Below, piece after piece: positions 38,148-50,300 of a stretch of DNA of 64,000 bases (its first letter is position 1; every line of letters starts with the position of its first letter). Made by a program: the position numbers and the translations under genes. This DNA is from Psammoneis japonica. Taxonomy: Eukaryota. The DNA lies in contig QPGO01000104.1 of the NCBI GenBank assembly GCA_008632985.1, positions 186,001 through 250,000 of the forward strand, written 5' to 3'. Under the pieces are notes generated by a model. The model worked only from the letters and a program-made list of their open reading frames with translations, was not told the DNA's origin and searched no databases.

Positions 38148-38399
38148 CGTCGTCTTATTATGAAGAGCATACCGTAAGAGGTGCACCAGAAGCAAGCAGC
38201 AGAGCCACAATCATGCCGCATCCTTCGATGGCTCATGATGCTGTAGCACTCGCGTAGACTGCAGTACAAATGCCGAAGAGGGCTTCATCTGGTCCAATCA
38301 GAACCTTTGAAACCGGATTGGCATCAGGACATGAGCACATTGAACCTGAAAGGACTTCACTTTCTAGTTTATCCGCCCAAGTGTGAATGTCTGAGGTGG

Positions 38400-41150
38400 T
38401 GGGTGGGGGAGAGGACGCAGAAGATGATGTTGTGTGTCTGCATTTTCGTCTTTTGCGGCACTCATTCTCAAGTTGAGCCAGGCTAGAGTTATTGTTGGTC
38501 CTCATGAGAGGAGACCACCCATGTGATCAGTTTTGCTGAGCAAAGGCATGGCAGAGAGAGTTTGCAGATTGACGTGTGTGAGAGAGAAGCTGCTGCTGGG
38601 CAGCCGCCCCAAGCTCTTGTGCTGGCTCTGTCTTCTTGGGGTCCTGTCATGATGGAGGGTGGGAACTGGGGACAATTGCATCAGAATGATGGCAGAGTGG
38701 TCAAAAGTTTGAGAGACACAATTTCTGAATGGATGGGACCTTTGTCATCGACAACGCTGGACAACTCTCCAGAGACACAGCATTTCTCTCTTGAGCGTGG
38801 CAACACCAGAGCTCTTGCCTCAACCAGCTTGACAAGACAACCCAATTTGGCCTGTCCAACACCCCCCATGCCAAATGCTTCATTTCTTGCAACTTGATTC
38901 AACTGACCTCCACAGAGTGCAGCAGTGGGGGGGCGCGGCTTCTAGAAGTCAGCTCTTGGTGCCAAAGTGCTGCACATGTTGGCTGTTGTTGGATCGCAAG
39001 GCCTTGCAGCAGAGAGTTTGTGTGGCCAGGCACAAGTCATGTGGCAGGGGTCTGCAAAAGCATGACAGCTCAAATTGGTGCTGACACAATCAACAAGATG
39101 TCCAGAGTCAAGTCTCATTGACTCGTCAATCCAGTCACATGACAAACAGCTGTTCCAGATTGTCCCTGGCTCATTTCTTGACTTGCGCCAGTGTGATGCC
39201 TTGTTTTTTTTTTTCATTTTGCACTTGATGGTCTTCTCCCCACACAAAGTTGAAGCTTGTCCCAAGGCCATTGTGTTGCCCATTCCTTTTTCACTCAGCT
39301 CATGTTTTTTGTGCAATCATTGTGGGAGCAGCCCAGCATCATGTGACTTTCCCAGCAGGCACTTTTGACATGATCATCGACACCAAAGAAACTTTTGTTG
39401 GGCAACAAAGCAGAGCCACAAAAGGGATTTTTAAATGACAGTGTTTCAAAAAAAGGCAGAGATGCACAGACAGACACTCCCATGAGGAACAGCTCCAATG
39501 TGTTTGCAGCCACAATCTCAGCTGCCGGCCGAGTGGCCAAGCCATTTTTGCATGGGCAAGGAACAAACCCACCCTTGCCCACTTGATGCAAGGGTGCTCT
39601 TGAAACATGGGAGCTTTTTGACATGCTTGGCTTGTCTCCCACCCATGCACTGTCACACCACATTTACATGTGCATGTGCTGCTGGCAACCAGCATGTTTT
39701 TGTGCTGAGCATGATGTCATGCATGCATCATAAGAGTGCACAACCCTTGTTGTTCACTCTGAGTTGGCAAACAAGACACGTCAACTGACATCTGTTGGCA
39801 CAAAGACTGTGGGTGTTGCACATCCAATGGGATGTTCTGGCACTGTAAAGGCTTCAGAGCAGACAAGGGAAAATGAGATGGGTGCCAAGAGTGTGATGAT
39901 GATCATGCTCTGTGTGTGGCTTGGAAGCTGTGCTGCTGGTGGCAGAGGGGCTGGAGAAAATGCGAGTGGACGTGTTCCAGTCCCAGGTGACGCACAAAAC
40001 GACAATCGGATTTTGAATGTAATTTATGCACATTTTACTGCACATGGTGTTTTAATAAAAATACTTGGACAGATTGAATTTTGTGGGCTTCTAGAGTGTG
40101 AACACTTAAACAGTTTTTTGAGTGGCACTCAAATCCTTGTGGGATGTGTGTCATAAACTTCCTCAGCAGACTCAACACTGATTGTACGTCAGTAGATTTA
40201 TACCGAGATTTCTTTGTAGGTAGAAAACCTAACAAGTGTCATCGTAGAAAGACATGTTTAGGTAACTTCCAAATGCCGGCAACATTTTCGCCGAAAATCA
40301 TCCGTTGTGTTACGAATCTTTTAACGCAATGGAAAACATAGATAGCACAATAACAATGACATTGCAACACTCACACGAGTCTTGTTAGTGTTGCAAAACA
40401 TTTATATTTGTATAAATCTATACTTTTGGTGGTGAAAGTTCGATCGTAAGTTAGGGACCGCGCAAAAATCGCGCAAATGTCGTTTTTGTGCACGATTTGG
40501 TTCACGTGCGGCTGGAACACGTCAGTGGGCTCTTTGGCAAAAGAACATTTCTGGACTCATGTCTCATGCAGGACAACGTGCATTTTTTGGGCCAGTTGCC
40601 CACGATTGCTGCAATTGCCAATGAATGCAGTGACTCTGCTTTTTGCAAGCTGTGCTCAAAAGCAACAAAGTTGCACCACACTGCCCAACTTGCCCCACAA
40701 AACAAGCAATGATGATGTGAGCAGTGCCACATTTCACATGCTGCAGATCCCACCAAAGACAAGTGCCCCATGTCATTGTGCTTCCTCTTGGAGCAATGCA
40801 GCACAAATGCCGCTGATTTGGCTGCGCACATGTGTGCGCAAGTTGTGTGCGTTGGTGCACCACAAAGAAGAGAGAAGCTGTGGGGCAGCAACTGTGGTGA
40901 GGAAGCACAGCTCCTCTTGAGCATCAGTGTGGGTGGGCATCACACACTCTTGTCGATGTAACAACGTTGTTTGCCATGGCTCATTGATGTTGCAGACTGC
41001 TGCTCATTGCTGTGAACCATGCGGTTTTTGGTCACCGTGTTCTTTCAATTGATTGAGAGTGCTGCTGAGTTGAAGAGGAGCCTGTGCAGCAGAGCAGAAA
41101 AGGGAGCAGCAGAAGGAGGCACGGAGGTAGCAGCAGGAGCGGAGGAGAAG
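38400..41150. other. TpA/CpG-depleted degenerate block 4 (possible DDE transposase debris, WIDESM near 39120)
   Basis: Same composition as the other blocks. The DESM motif is only suggestive. Confidence 0.65.
39969..40523. mobile_element. MITE family B (termini related to family A, different interior)
   Basis: GACGTGTTCCAG...CTGGAACACGTC with 4-bp TSD AGTG. Confidence 0.85.
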
Positions 41151-41659
41151 AACGGCTGTAGAATGCAGCGCGTACGGCGTTTGGCGGAAGGCGGAATGGA
41201 ATGGGCGAATGAAGAGACGGTGCGGAGCGGAGGGAGGGTGAGCACATTGCTAGCGTCAGGCGTTAACTCTATCCACGGTGGAGGTGCGTGCTCTGTGCTC
41301 TTTGAAAAAGCCGCATACCGCATACTAAAACGTCCTCTGTAAAATCTACATTATTTCAATACCAAGAAATGTCCGTTCTGGTGTTCGGCGAAATGTCGCA
41401 CCTGTAAGTACGTCAGCGCCCCACGTGGAAGTCGCCGATCGTCTCACAAAATCTGCGCTGCGCTCACGCATTCCACATCACAAACATCATCTCTCCACGA
41501 GGAAAGTGCAAACGACCACCACGTTGAGAGCAGGATAGCCGAGCAACTCACATCAACTCATCTTCAACTTGCTCATTCAGCGGTACACCTAGCCGCCACT
41601 GCATTCTTTCTTGTTCACTAACATACGACTACACAAACACACACATACACGAACCGACA

Positions 41660-43283
41660 ATGAGGATATACGCTTGTGCTCTTTCGTCAGTAACTCTTTC
41701 CGTGCTTGCAACAACTGGAACACATGCCTTTGTTACTACCGGACCTTCCTTTGTTCGACACTCGTCGCTCCAGGCAAACCCCGGAAACGAGTTTGATCAC
41801 TTGTTGGGTGAGGGTGATGGCTTTGCACAAAACGCAGTTATCAAGTCTAGACCCGTCGATGTCAGGAGGCAGACCGTTATTGGAGACAGCAAGTCGGTTG
41901 TGCAACTCATGAGTTCGTCCGAGGGAGCCGTCCCTCTCGATAACTTTCCGCAACCAATCGTCAAGGGAACGGGTGGACAAGGAGCAGAACAGCAACAAGA
42001 GCAAGAGCTTGCAGAAGCGTACGATCCTTATTCGGAAACTACAACGGGTATGGATCCCGTCATGCAAAAAGTACAACAAAACAAGGGAGGGATCGGTAGC
42101 TTTGTTGCGGATTTGAGTTTCCAAGAGTTAATGTTCGTCCTCATTATTCCAAGTATCGCAGCCTTTGCCGGTGCCCGATGGGGCCTACGAAAGGTATCGA
42201 CAAGACTGGAAGAGAATGCCAATGATATTCTTGACAGTTATGCCAATGAAATGATTTATCATGACGGAGACATTGAAGAATTGAAACTCTGTCACAAGGA
42301 TTACAAACGACGCTTGCTTTGGTTGGGACCCAAAAAGAAGGAAATCATGATTAAGCACTTTTTGGAAGCCTATGCCAAGAGAAAAGTGGTTAGTCCGCAA
42401 TCGATTTCGTGAGTAGCTTTTTTGATGGATTGTTGTGTGGGCTGTGTAACCGTTTCGTCCATTTTTGCTAATCCAATCCATCTCGTTCCTTTCGCTTTTA
42501 CTTTTACAGCACTCTCTCGAATGTATTTCAAATGTACAAATTGTCGGAAGAAAAGACAGCGGAAATTCTCGTTTCACTTTGCAAAAAGATGGGAACCGAT
42601 AAGATTTCGTCTGCGGGCAAACTCTTGTTTTTCGGGAATCACATTCTCGTCACTCCCGAGGGATTGCGAGCCTTGAGACCCATCAAGGAAATGATCATGG
42701 CCACCTACAGAGACAAGTCTCAAGCGGAACAATTTGTCGATGCGGCACAATCGTGAGTATGAAACTGTAATTCAGCAAGTTGGAGCTATGTATGGTGCTT
42801 TAGGCAACTAACTTACCACCAACCACTTCTTCTCTTTCTCTAATTATTAGTGCCATGGGCGAGGCGGCATACAGAAATGCTGTCACGAGCACGGGCATGG
42901 AGCAAACAAAACTGACTCCCGGTTGGAAAGTGCTCGGATTGGACAAGGAAACGGCGGAACGCATCTTTAATGAAGAAGCAAAGGAAGGTTTCGTTTCGGA
43001 TCGTGAGGCCATGTACAAGGGTCAAACGACCAAGTACGATGAAAAGGGTCGAGCCATTGACGACGAGGGCAAGTTGGTGAATCCAGAAGAAGCCGACGAG
43101 GATGATGATGAGGACGGCGATGCTCCCACGGGTAATGTCTTTGAATGCGGAGAATGTGGTTACACGCTCTTTATTGCCAAAGGACGTGACTTTAAGTTTT
43201 ACGGGGAGGACTTTGAATGTCCCGAATGCGGAGCCAAGAAGGACAAGTTTGTGTCACGCGACATTGATCTGGATGACGAATAA
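41660..43283 (+). CDS. Plastid-targeted membrane protein with C-terminal rubredoxin domain; exons 41660-42408, 42510-42752, 42851-43283
   Basis: Signal peptide ending THA-FVT (ASAFAP-like) and one TM segment. Two in-frame GT-AG introns. FECGECGY...FECPECGA. Confidence 0.88.
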
Positions 43284-43956
43284 TATGTATGCGCTATCAT
43301 TTTGCATGCTAGATTTTGTAACATTACATCTTGTGTGTAAGAATTGCCTATTCTCTGTGTAGAAAGCGTTTGTCGGGATACTTTGAACGTAAACTCTACC
43401 TCTACTAGCTAGATGGCAACACCCTTTGGCGACGGATTGGATTGTTTGGAGGCCTTCATCTTCTCGTGATGAATCAGAGTGTTTGCTATGGCCCCTGTTG
43501 GCTTGTGTTCCATATCACCTTCTGTGCATTTCTGCAGAACTAGAGTTTTTAGAGCATAGCATACTAGCAAACTCAATCGAGCGATCAGAATAACGTATTC
43601 GTATTGGCGACAAGTTGCCCCCCTTTTTTATTTCGCGCGTCTTTTTCTTGCGCCAAAATTCGAGAAAAGTGATGATGGGTGGGTCACGGATGATGACATG
43701 ATGACACCTTCAACCACGACACGAAGAAATAATGTGATATGCGGAAACAAACAAATAACGACACACTCTCTACTCTCTAGCTAGAGTAGAAAGAGCCAAT
43801 CACATTGTGGCAAAGCCGCACTCGTGAACACACGGTTTCTTGTTTCTGCCTGTGAAGCATGGGAACCGCACCATGCGAGTCGGGCCTCACATTTTCTCTC
43901 AACATGCGAGGGTCTCATTATTTTCAAGCACACGCCTCTTTTGACAAGGATCAATC

Positions 43957-45308
43957 ATGGACGCACCGCTACCATCAGTATGGGAGGCTCTCGTAGACCC
44001 CTCTACTGGTCAGACGTATTACGCTGATCACAAGAACAAGGTCACGACGTGGGAACGCCCCAAACCTCCTCCTCCTCCGCCTTATCCAGGTGATACGGTT
44101 TTGCCTCATCAACCCAACTTTTCAGAAAACAATGCTGCTGCAAGCTATGATTCAAAAGACACAAGTACTACAAGCGAGACCACTGATGTATACTACGTTT
44201 CGGTGGAGAAAGAAAGCAAGAGTTCATTTTCCTTTGCCACCTGCTCCGATGAAGACGTCGCCCCGGTGGAAAACAGCATTGGCATTGTCTCTTTCGCTAG
44301 TAGCAACGATTTCAAGACCTTGGAACTGCACATGGAAACTCAAGGTGAAACGCCAGCTACCGAGGATGTCACTGCTGCTTCCATTCCAACAGAGGATGAA
44401 AACAGGGATCCAGCCCCCAACACCTGGACCGTTGAAGCAGACGATTCCCGACAAGAAACCAAGCCAGTCGTCATTTACCCAAGGACGACGCAAAAGGGGA
44501 AAGCACAAGCCAAGACACCCTTTCCTCCGTATGATATTGATTCTCGTCCAGTCACTACTTTAGCCTACCAAGGTGAGAGCTCATCCAGCAGGACTAGCAA
44601 AAAGCTCAAGTGGCGGGAAGTCATGGGATCCAAAATCCAGAAGCGCGTCGACAAGGGTTGGAAAGGTATGCAAGATTCCATGAATCAAAAGAAAAACGAT
44701 TGGAACAGTACGGAAGCATTGGACATCCGCGGATCTACCATGAATGAGTATCCACTCAACATGGCTCAGGCCCTTTGGCTCAAGCAGAATTTTCGCTTGA
44801 TTGTCCGTCCCGAAACACATTACTGGTACGATGCCAACAGCGGCTTTTGTGGTAAGGTGGGAGGGAAAATGAAACGGATTCTGGATCCATACCTTGACAT
44901 TCGAGGGCGTCTTGATCCTCGTGCCAGTGCGGTGATTCTGGCATTGCTATCAATGGACGAGATATTCCAGAAACGGAACGAGCCGAATTCTTTGCCTTTT
45001 TGGGCATTGAGCTCAACGAGGGCTGTCGCTATTCGATTGATGGCGACGGCTATGTTCGCATCGAGGGCTCTCAAGACATCTTGTCCAATTGGCGGGATCA
45101 GCGGCGCAAGAAACGCACGCAGATTGGAATTGGTGCCGCTGTTGCAACGGTGGCTGTCCTTGCTCTGGGTGACGCCGGAGGTGGATCGGGTGGTGGAAGC
45201 TCCGGCGGTGGCTACGACTATCGGGATGGCAGGGGCGGCTTCATTGCGACTGCTTCGGACGGAACGACGTATTTCTCGGCTCCAGGTGTAGGCTCGGTGG
45301 CCTATTGA
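43957..45308 (+). CDS. WW-domain protein with YWYD..SG..G / INGR domain; apparent 1-nt frameshift at ~44929
   Basis: WEALVDPSTGQTYYADHKNKVTTWERP, then YWYDANSGFCGKVG. Adding one base continues as GGDSGIAINGRDI... to a stop at 45308. Confidence 0.75.
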
Positions 45309-45623
45309 TACGATCATAGCTAGCTGAATAGTCCGCCGACAAACGAAGCAACGAGCATTTTTATAGACACAGAACAGTATAGACACAAAATTTATGCATA
45401 ATAGTAAGCACAGCTCACTCCAACGTGAGTTAGTTATGCTTTCGACATTAACAAAAAGTATCAAGTTTAATCCACATCTTTTTTACATTTTAAAATTGAT
45501 CCTGTATATGGTAACATACAAACACACTAGTGTGCGTCCTTATCAAAATCGACAGCAAGCCTCGTCCCATGCTGTACATTCAAAATACCGTTATAAAATA
45601 GCGCGTCGCTCAATCCCATGTCC

Positions 45624-46334
45624 CTAAAAGTCTGCTTCCTCGGTTTCCACTTCCTCTTCCATCATCATTTCATCATCCGACATGGCTTCAACATGCACAG
45701 GATGGATCTTTTCCCCAGTAACAGAACATTCATACATGCCTTCCTCTTCTGTCGCGTTTCTCCAGTCCCACCCCTCGGCTGCAAATTCAACGCTGTTGCG
45801 GTGGGCATTGTACAAAATTTCATTTGCGTTGTTCCAGAGCCGTTCTCGAACTCTTTCTGAGTACTCATCTCTCATGGGAATAGGAACTACAGTGACTTGA
45901 TCATCGAAAACAAGTCGTCGTTGCTGCTTTTTCGGGGCTTCCGACGATGTGACTGACGTGGGAGAGCTATTGGAGGGACTAGTACTCGAGGAAAAGAGGC
46001 CCAGTCCCCAATCAGACGGTTTTGCTTCATCCGTCTCGTCAAAACTGTCCGTTCCTGGTTTGAGTGGCTCGCTACTGATATTGGCATCGCCCAATAGGGA
46101 TCGAGGAGGAGGAAGAGTGTTTAGGTTTGTCGCGGCATCGGCTGCGTTTTCAATCCCGAGTTTATGCAGCAGGTTTGATCGTATTCTTTCAGAAGACTTG
46201 CTACCGCTGTTGTTGTTCATGGTTGATGCTCGAGCCGCTGTTATGGATGATGTACTAGCGACAGTAGTATTAGTAGTAGATGCCTGTGTAGTTGTTGATG
46301 CCGGGCTACTGATCATCTCCGTCGTAAGGGCCAT
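45624..46334 (-). CDS. Hypothetical protein (diatom-type xxF...V.V..IP...Y....LW motif)
   Basis: 236-aa ORF with normal composition and an S/T-rich N-terminus, containing RRLVFDDQVTVVPIPMRDEYSERVRERLW. Confidence 0.75.
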   Translation of the reverse strand: MALTTEMISSPASTTTQASTTNTTVASTSSITAARASTMNNNSGSKSSERIRSNLLHKLGIENAADAATNLNTLPPPRSLLGDANISSEPLKPGTDSFDETDEAKPSDWGLGLFSSSTSPSNSSPTSVTSSEAPKKQQRRLVFDDQVTVVPIPMRDEYSERVRERLWNNANEILYNAHRNSVEFAAEGWDWRNATEEEGMYECSVTGEKIHPVHVEAMSDDEMMMEEEVETEEADF

Positions 46335-46620
46335 TGTCTTGCTCTATTTTTAACTCTAATGTATGTGCATGCATGTTCATGAGTAAATCGGCATGTTGCG
46401 CGATTGCGTTCGTCGCCAATGGCCGACGTGGTAGATTTCTACCACGTCAATACTGTGAAGGAGGTGTCACTTTACAAGACTTGTCGATCCTACGAAAATG
46501 TCATATGAACTGTCCTGTAGAATTTTTGATTTAAATTGGTGACGCACCGTTTTTGATTTTTAACAAAATAGTAATGTCATTGCCTAATACTATTTAACGC
46601 CAATCGTATCAGACGCTTAA

Positions 46621-48376
46621 CGCGCGATTTTGCGGCCCGCATCTGGGCCGCAAAATTTTTATTGCAAATTTTTGCGACCCACATGCGGCCGCAAATTTGC
46701 CACAATTCTTAAAACGAAGCTTATCTCGTTGTTATTTTTGCGCGGGAAATCAATGTTGTAAGAGCGATGTGATGTCTTGTCATTTGTTGTTGAAAGTGTT
46801 TTTTTGCACTGCTTCCATTTTCGCATCGAGCATCGATCACTGTCAACATGGACAGCGAACGTGAGCAGAACACACGTGACGACGTATGTGAGTGTCCTTT
46901 TGTCATCGCTGACTGTCGTTCTGCCATTGTCTCTCTTATTTTGATGCTAACTGCAGACTGCTTTTTTCGTCTTCTGATTTCTGAAGCTGCCGTTGTGGCG
47001 TCATTCTGGGCTGCATTTGACAAAGGTTCGGAAGCGGCCATTCCAAGTGTGTCGTTCGTCCCTGCCGACGATGCTGTCACCGTAGTTGTGGACAGCGAAA
47101 AAGATGCTGACACTGCAGTGAAGGCAACGAAGGGCAGAATCACGCCCTTGGTGCGTTGCCGTGATTGTGGTGAAGCTCCCTGTGTCATGCCTGCCATTTA
47201 TGATCGCATGGTTTCGATTGGAGATGTTGGAGAAGAAATGGGTCTGAGCAACAAGCAGATCCGTTTCTCTCTCTACTGCGAGTCTATTTCTCTTCTGCAT
47301 GGATTCCTTGGTCGTCATCAACGTGTTGAGCTGCCGGATTGCATTCATCGTAAAATTCATGATCTGCACCCCCAAACCCGTGAAGAGCCGTGCACGGGTT
47401 TCAAAGCCAATGGGCAGGACACCAAGCAGCTGCTCGTCATGCAGTTGTTTTTTAATTTAGCCAAACCAATCTTGAAATCATCAACTGCTGGCATGCTGCG
47501 CACATCTTTGCAACAGTTGTAATTTTGCGGCCCACTAAAATGGATGCAACATCGCTGCGGAAATTGGTTTCTAATGGTTTTTCCTTGGAGAACAAATGTC
47601 GTTCCTCAACTGTTCCAATGGAGTTTTTATTTTGCCATCTGCTCTACTAAAACAGAAAATGGATGCAACATGGAGCACGAAATGCTAAAGGGCATCCGCC
47701 AGCACGAAGAAATCCACTCTGAATTTGTCAGGCTTGTCTTTGTTGTGTTGCCTGACGGGACAATGACGAGAACGACAGCTGACTCCACCCTCGTTGAATG
47801 TCAGATCGCCCCCCGGGATGAATGTACGACGAGCCGCAGCATTGAACTCGTTGCCGTTTGCTTTTCGAGGACACTCCAGCATCTGCCCGTGAACTTCCAT
47901 GCTGTCGATGCTTTCCTCTGCGGAATGGAGCGGCTGGTGTTGAGGATGCAAGCACATCATGTCAGAAACAATCAACTTTTGTTTGGCAAAGCTGAGTCGC
48001 ACTCGAGCTCTCTTGGCCACTGGCAACTCCACAGGAAGACTTGGAGGGGGGGCATGTGCGGGTGCAGATGGTGCTTCGGCAGCAGACTGCGACACCGGAT
48101 TTCGCGGCATGTCTTGAACAGGCGAAAAAGGCATGTCCGTTCCCACTGCAAGCAATGCTGACACATCTGGCACTTCTCTAACGATGTTGTCAGGCGTCCG
48201 AGATTGATGGAGTGAATGTCCTTCACCGGTGTGGCCCGCCGCAGGGTCGCCAAGATGAAGTGTCGATTCCTGTGTTTTCGGGTGTGGAGAATTCGACTGT
48301 GGGGTCAATTCATCGATTGTCTCTGTCATTGAAGATTTGAAAAAATTTGCGGCCCACACATGGGCTGCAAATGGCG
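46621..48376. mobile_element. Internally deleted piggyBac-like DNA transposon
   Basis: TTAA on both sides (46617-46620, 48377-48380). Imperfect TIRs CGC..ATTTGCGGCCC..TGGGCCGCAAA. Transposase fragment FIPGGDLTFNEGG..RHCPVRQHNKDKPDKFRVDFFVLADA at ~47690-47900 (-). Confidence 0.85.
46848..47522 (+). CDS. Accessory ORF in the piggyBac-like element with a Cys/His domain (C..C...PC...R..LY.....HG.LG...R..LP.C....I...P.....TGF)
   Basis: ORF track 46848..47522; the true start may be downstream. Motif resembles the P2X7-ballast/nanor-like domain (from memory). Confidence 0.55.
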   Translation: MDSEREQNTRDDVCECPFVIADCRSAIVSLILMLTADCFFRLLISEAAVVASFWAAFDKGSEAAIPSVSFVPADDAVTVVVDSEKDADTAVKATKGRITPLVRCRDCGEAPCVMPAIYDRMVSIGDVGEEMGLSNKQIRFSLYCESISLLHGFLGRHQRVELPDCIHRKIHDLHPQTREEPCTGFKANGQDTKQLLVMQLFFNLAKPILKSSTAGMLRTSLQQL

Positions 48377-48421
48377 TTAATGTCACACAATGCTTGTTTA
48401 ATGGGTCATTGTGTTTTATTT

Positions 48422-48540
48422 GTCCATGGATTAAAATCATTGCCACAATGGCAACGAATTCCTCGTAGATGATTTTTGTTCATCCATGGATTGAAATCAT
48501 TTTTGTGACAGAGTGATGAATTCCTCATAGATGATTTTTG
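48422..48540. repeat. Two ~60-bp direct repeats
   Basis: TCCATGGATT(A/G)AAATCATT...GAATTCCTC(G/A)TAGATGATTTTTG occurs twice. Confidence 0.7.
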
Positions 48541-48768
48541 CCATTTTCTGAAATCGACGGTGTGCACGTGCATTTTTTTGTTTTTGTTTTTTAGTGTGTT
48601 TCTTGTTTTTTGTGAACACTCAAGTGCACAATGAATTGAATTGGCAGTTTCTTGAGCATGCCACAAATTGATGTCAAGGTGCAGCATGCATGCCAGTGCT
48701 TGTCTTTTCTGACAACATGATCATCTTCTTGCAGCAGCCATCAGCGAAAACCAGACGAAAGCCCCCCA

Positions 48769-49162
48769 GACGCATTCCAGCTCTAGGTGGGATGTGCTGC
48801 TGCACTGTGACATCAATGGTTTTTTGGATCGCGTCGCATGTCGCGCACGCACATTTCTGCGTGTTACATTCTACGAAATTGTTTCATGCTCCCTGTTTTG
48901 CGAAGCCAAAGGCTTTCTGTTTTCAACGTTTGTGAGAACAAAAATGCACTGGGTGTGTTCTTTGATGTCTGAAGAACACACCAGGGCAAACTGTCAATGA
49001 TGTGCTGCAAGCACGAAGGAGGAGATACGTTCGTAAAATTGCCTCTTTTTCTGTTGGCGATCATTCACATTTTCATTGCTTTGCAAATTTGCTGCGGAGC
49101 TCGCACGCAGAATTCCACGGGCCCAATGTCACACGGAGTCCCACCCAGGACTGGAACCCGTC
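48769..49162 (+). mobile_element. MITE family A, copy 2
   Basis: Same TIRs and body as copy 1; TSD CCCA. Confidence 0.9.
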
Positions 49163-49643
49163 CCCAGACCTCTCCTGCCATGTGGGCTGTGGTGCGTGCC
49201 AACCCACACAGCTCTGTTGTCCATGCACAGATTTGAGTCATTCAAGACATCAACTCAGGATTGCCTCTGCTGCTGAATCAAACAAAAGGCACTTGCACTT
49301 TCTTCCTTCTCCTCGCACTGCAGCAACAAGCCAGCAGCAGCCATGGTCAGAAGTGCAAGAAGAGAGTGCCGCGCATCACATTGGCTGTTTTTGTTGAGTG
49401 CAGTTCCTGTGCTCCAAACCAAAGAGCTCTGTTGCAGCTCTCACAGCAATGCTGTGTGTTGTCTCACAACCCCAGCACTTTGTTTGCAGCCTGTGAGCGA
49501 TCTGTTCATTTTGACGTTGGCAAGTCTCAACCATTTGATGCAGTGTGAGTGAAAATCAACAGACAAAACCCAAGAAGGCTTTCAGCCAACAACCCAAAAA
49601 ACACAACAACTCCCATGGGGCTCCTTTTGGAAAGCGCGGTTGG

Positions 49644-50300
49644 GCCTGTTCCAGCTCCAGGTGCTCCGCGCGGGTTCGATTCCCATCATTTGGATTTTTG
49701 TGCATTTGGCGCAATTGACTTTTTCCAAATCCGTTTTTTGCCAAATCGAAGGGCAAGCGCACACTTTACATGCATTTTCGGGTGCACACTCACCTTTCGA
49801 TTTTCGAAACGATCAAAATTGAAGGAGTCAATTGCAGACGCGTTCCAGACGTGGGTGGGAATCTGTGTGACATTGGGCCCGTAGACTTCTGCGTGCGAGC
49901 TCCGCAGTGAAATCATGCGGCAATTAAAATGTCAATGATCGCCAACAGAAAATGAGGCAATTTTGCGAACACACAAACTCGCACATGATTGAAGCACATC
50001 ATTTTTTACTTGGCCAGCCACATTCTTCAGACATTGAAGAGTGCAACTGGCGCGTCATTGTTTCTGTGAATTTGTCGTGCAAAACATCTGGGGCTTCGCA
50101 AAACAGCGATTCTGGACAATTTTTTTTAAACATCACACATGGAAATCTACGTGCGAAACATGCGACGGATGACAAAAATTGTTGTTGTCACATGTCAGCA
50201 CTGCGAGCTCCCACCTGGGGCTGGAATGCGTCTGCGCCAAACTGCGTGAAAATCGGCCTCTCACGTGATGAAAAGCAGATCACCTGGAGCTGGAACAGGC
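49644..50300. mobile_element. Outer TIR element hosting a nested family-A-like MITE
   Basis: Perfect 20-bp TIR GCCTGTTCCAGCTCCAGGTG / CACCTGGAGCTGGAACAGGC, with GTTGG duplicated on both flanks. Confidence 0.8.
49837..50232 (-). mobile_element. Diverged MITE family A relative, inverted and nested
   Basis: GACGCGTTCCAG...CTGGAATGCGTC; body is reverse-similar to family A; TSD TGCA/TGCG. Confidence 0.85.

Noticed and set aside
38940..39700. Second piggyBac-type transposase remnant
   Set aside because: Only a DESM motif, with no TIRs found; too degraded to call.
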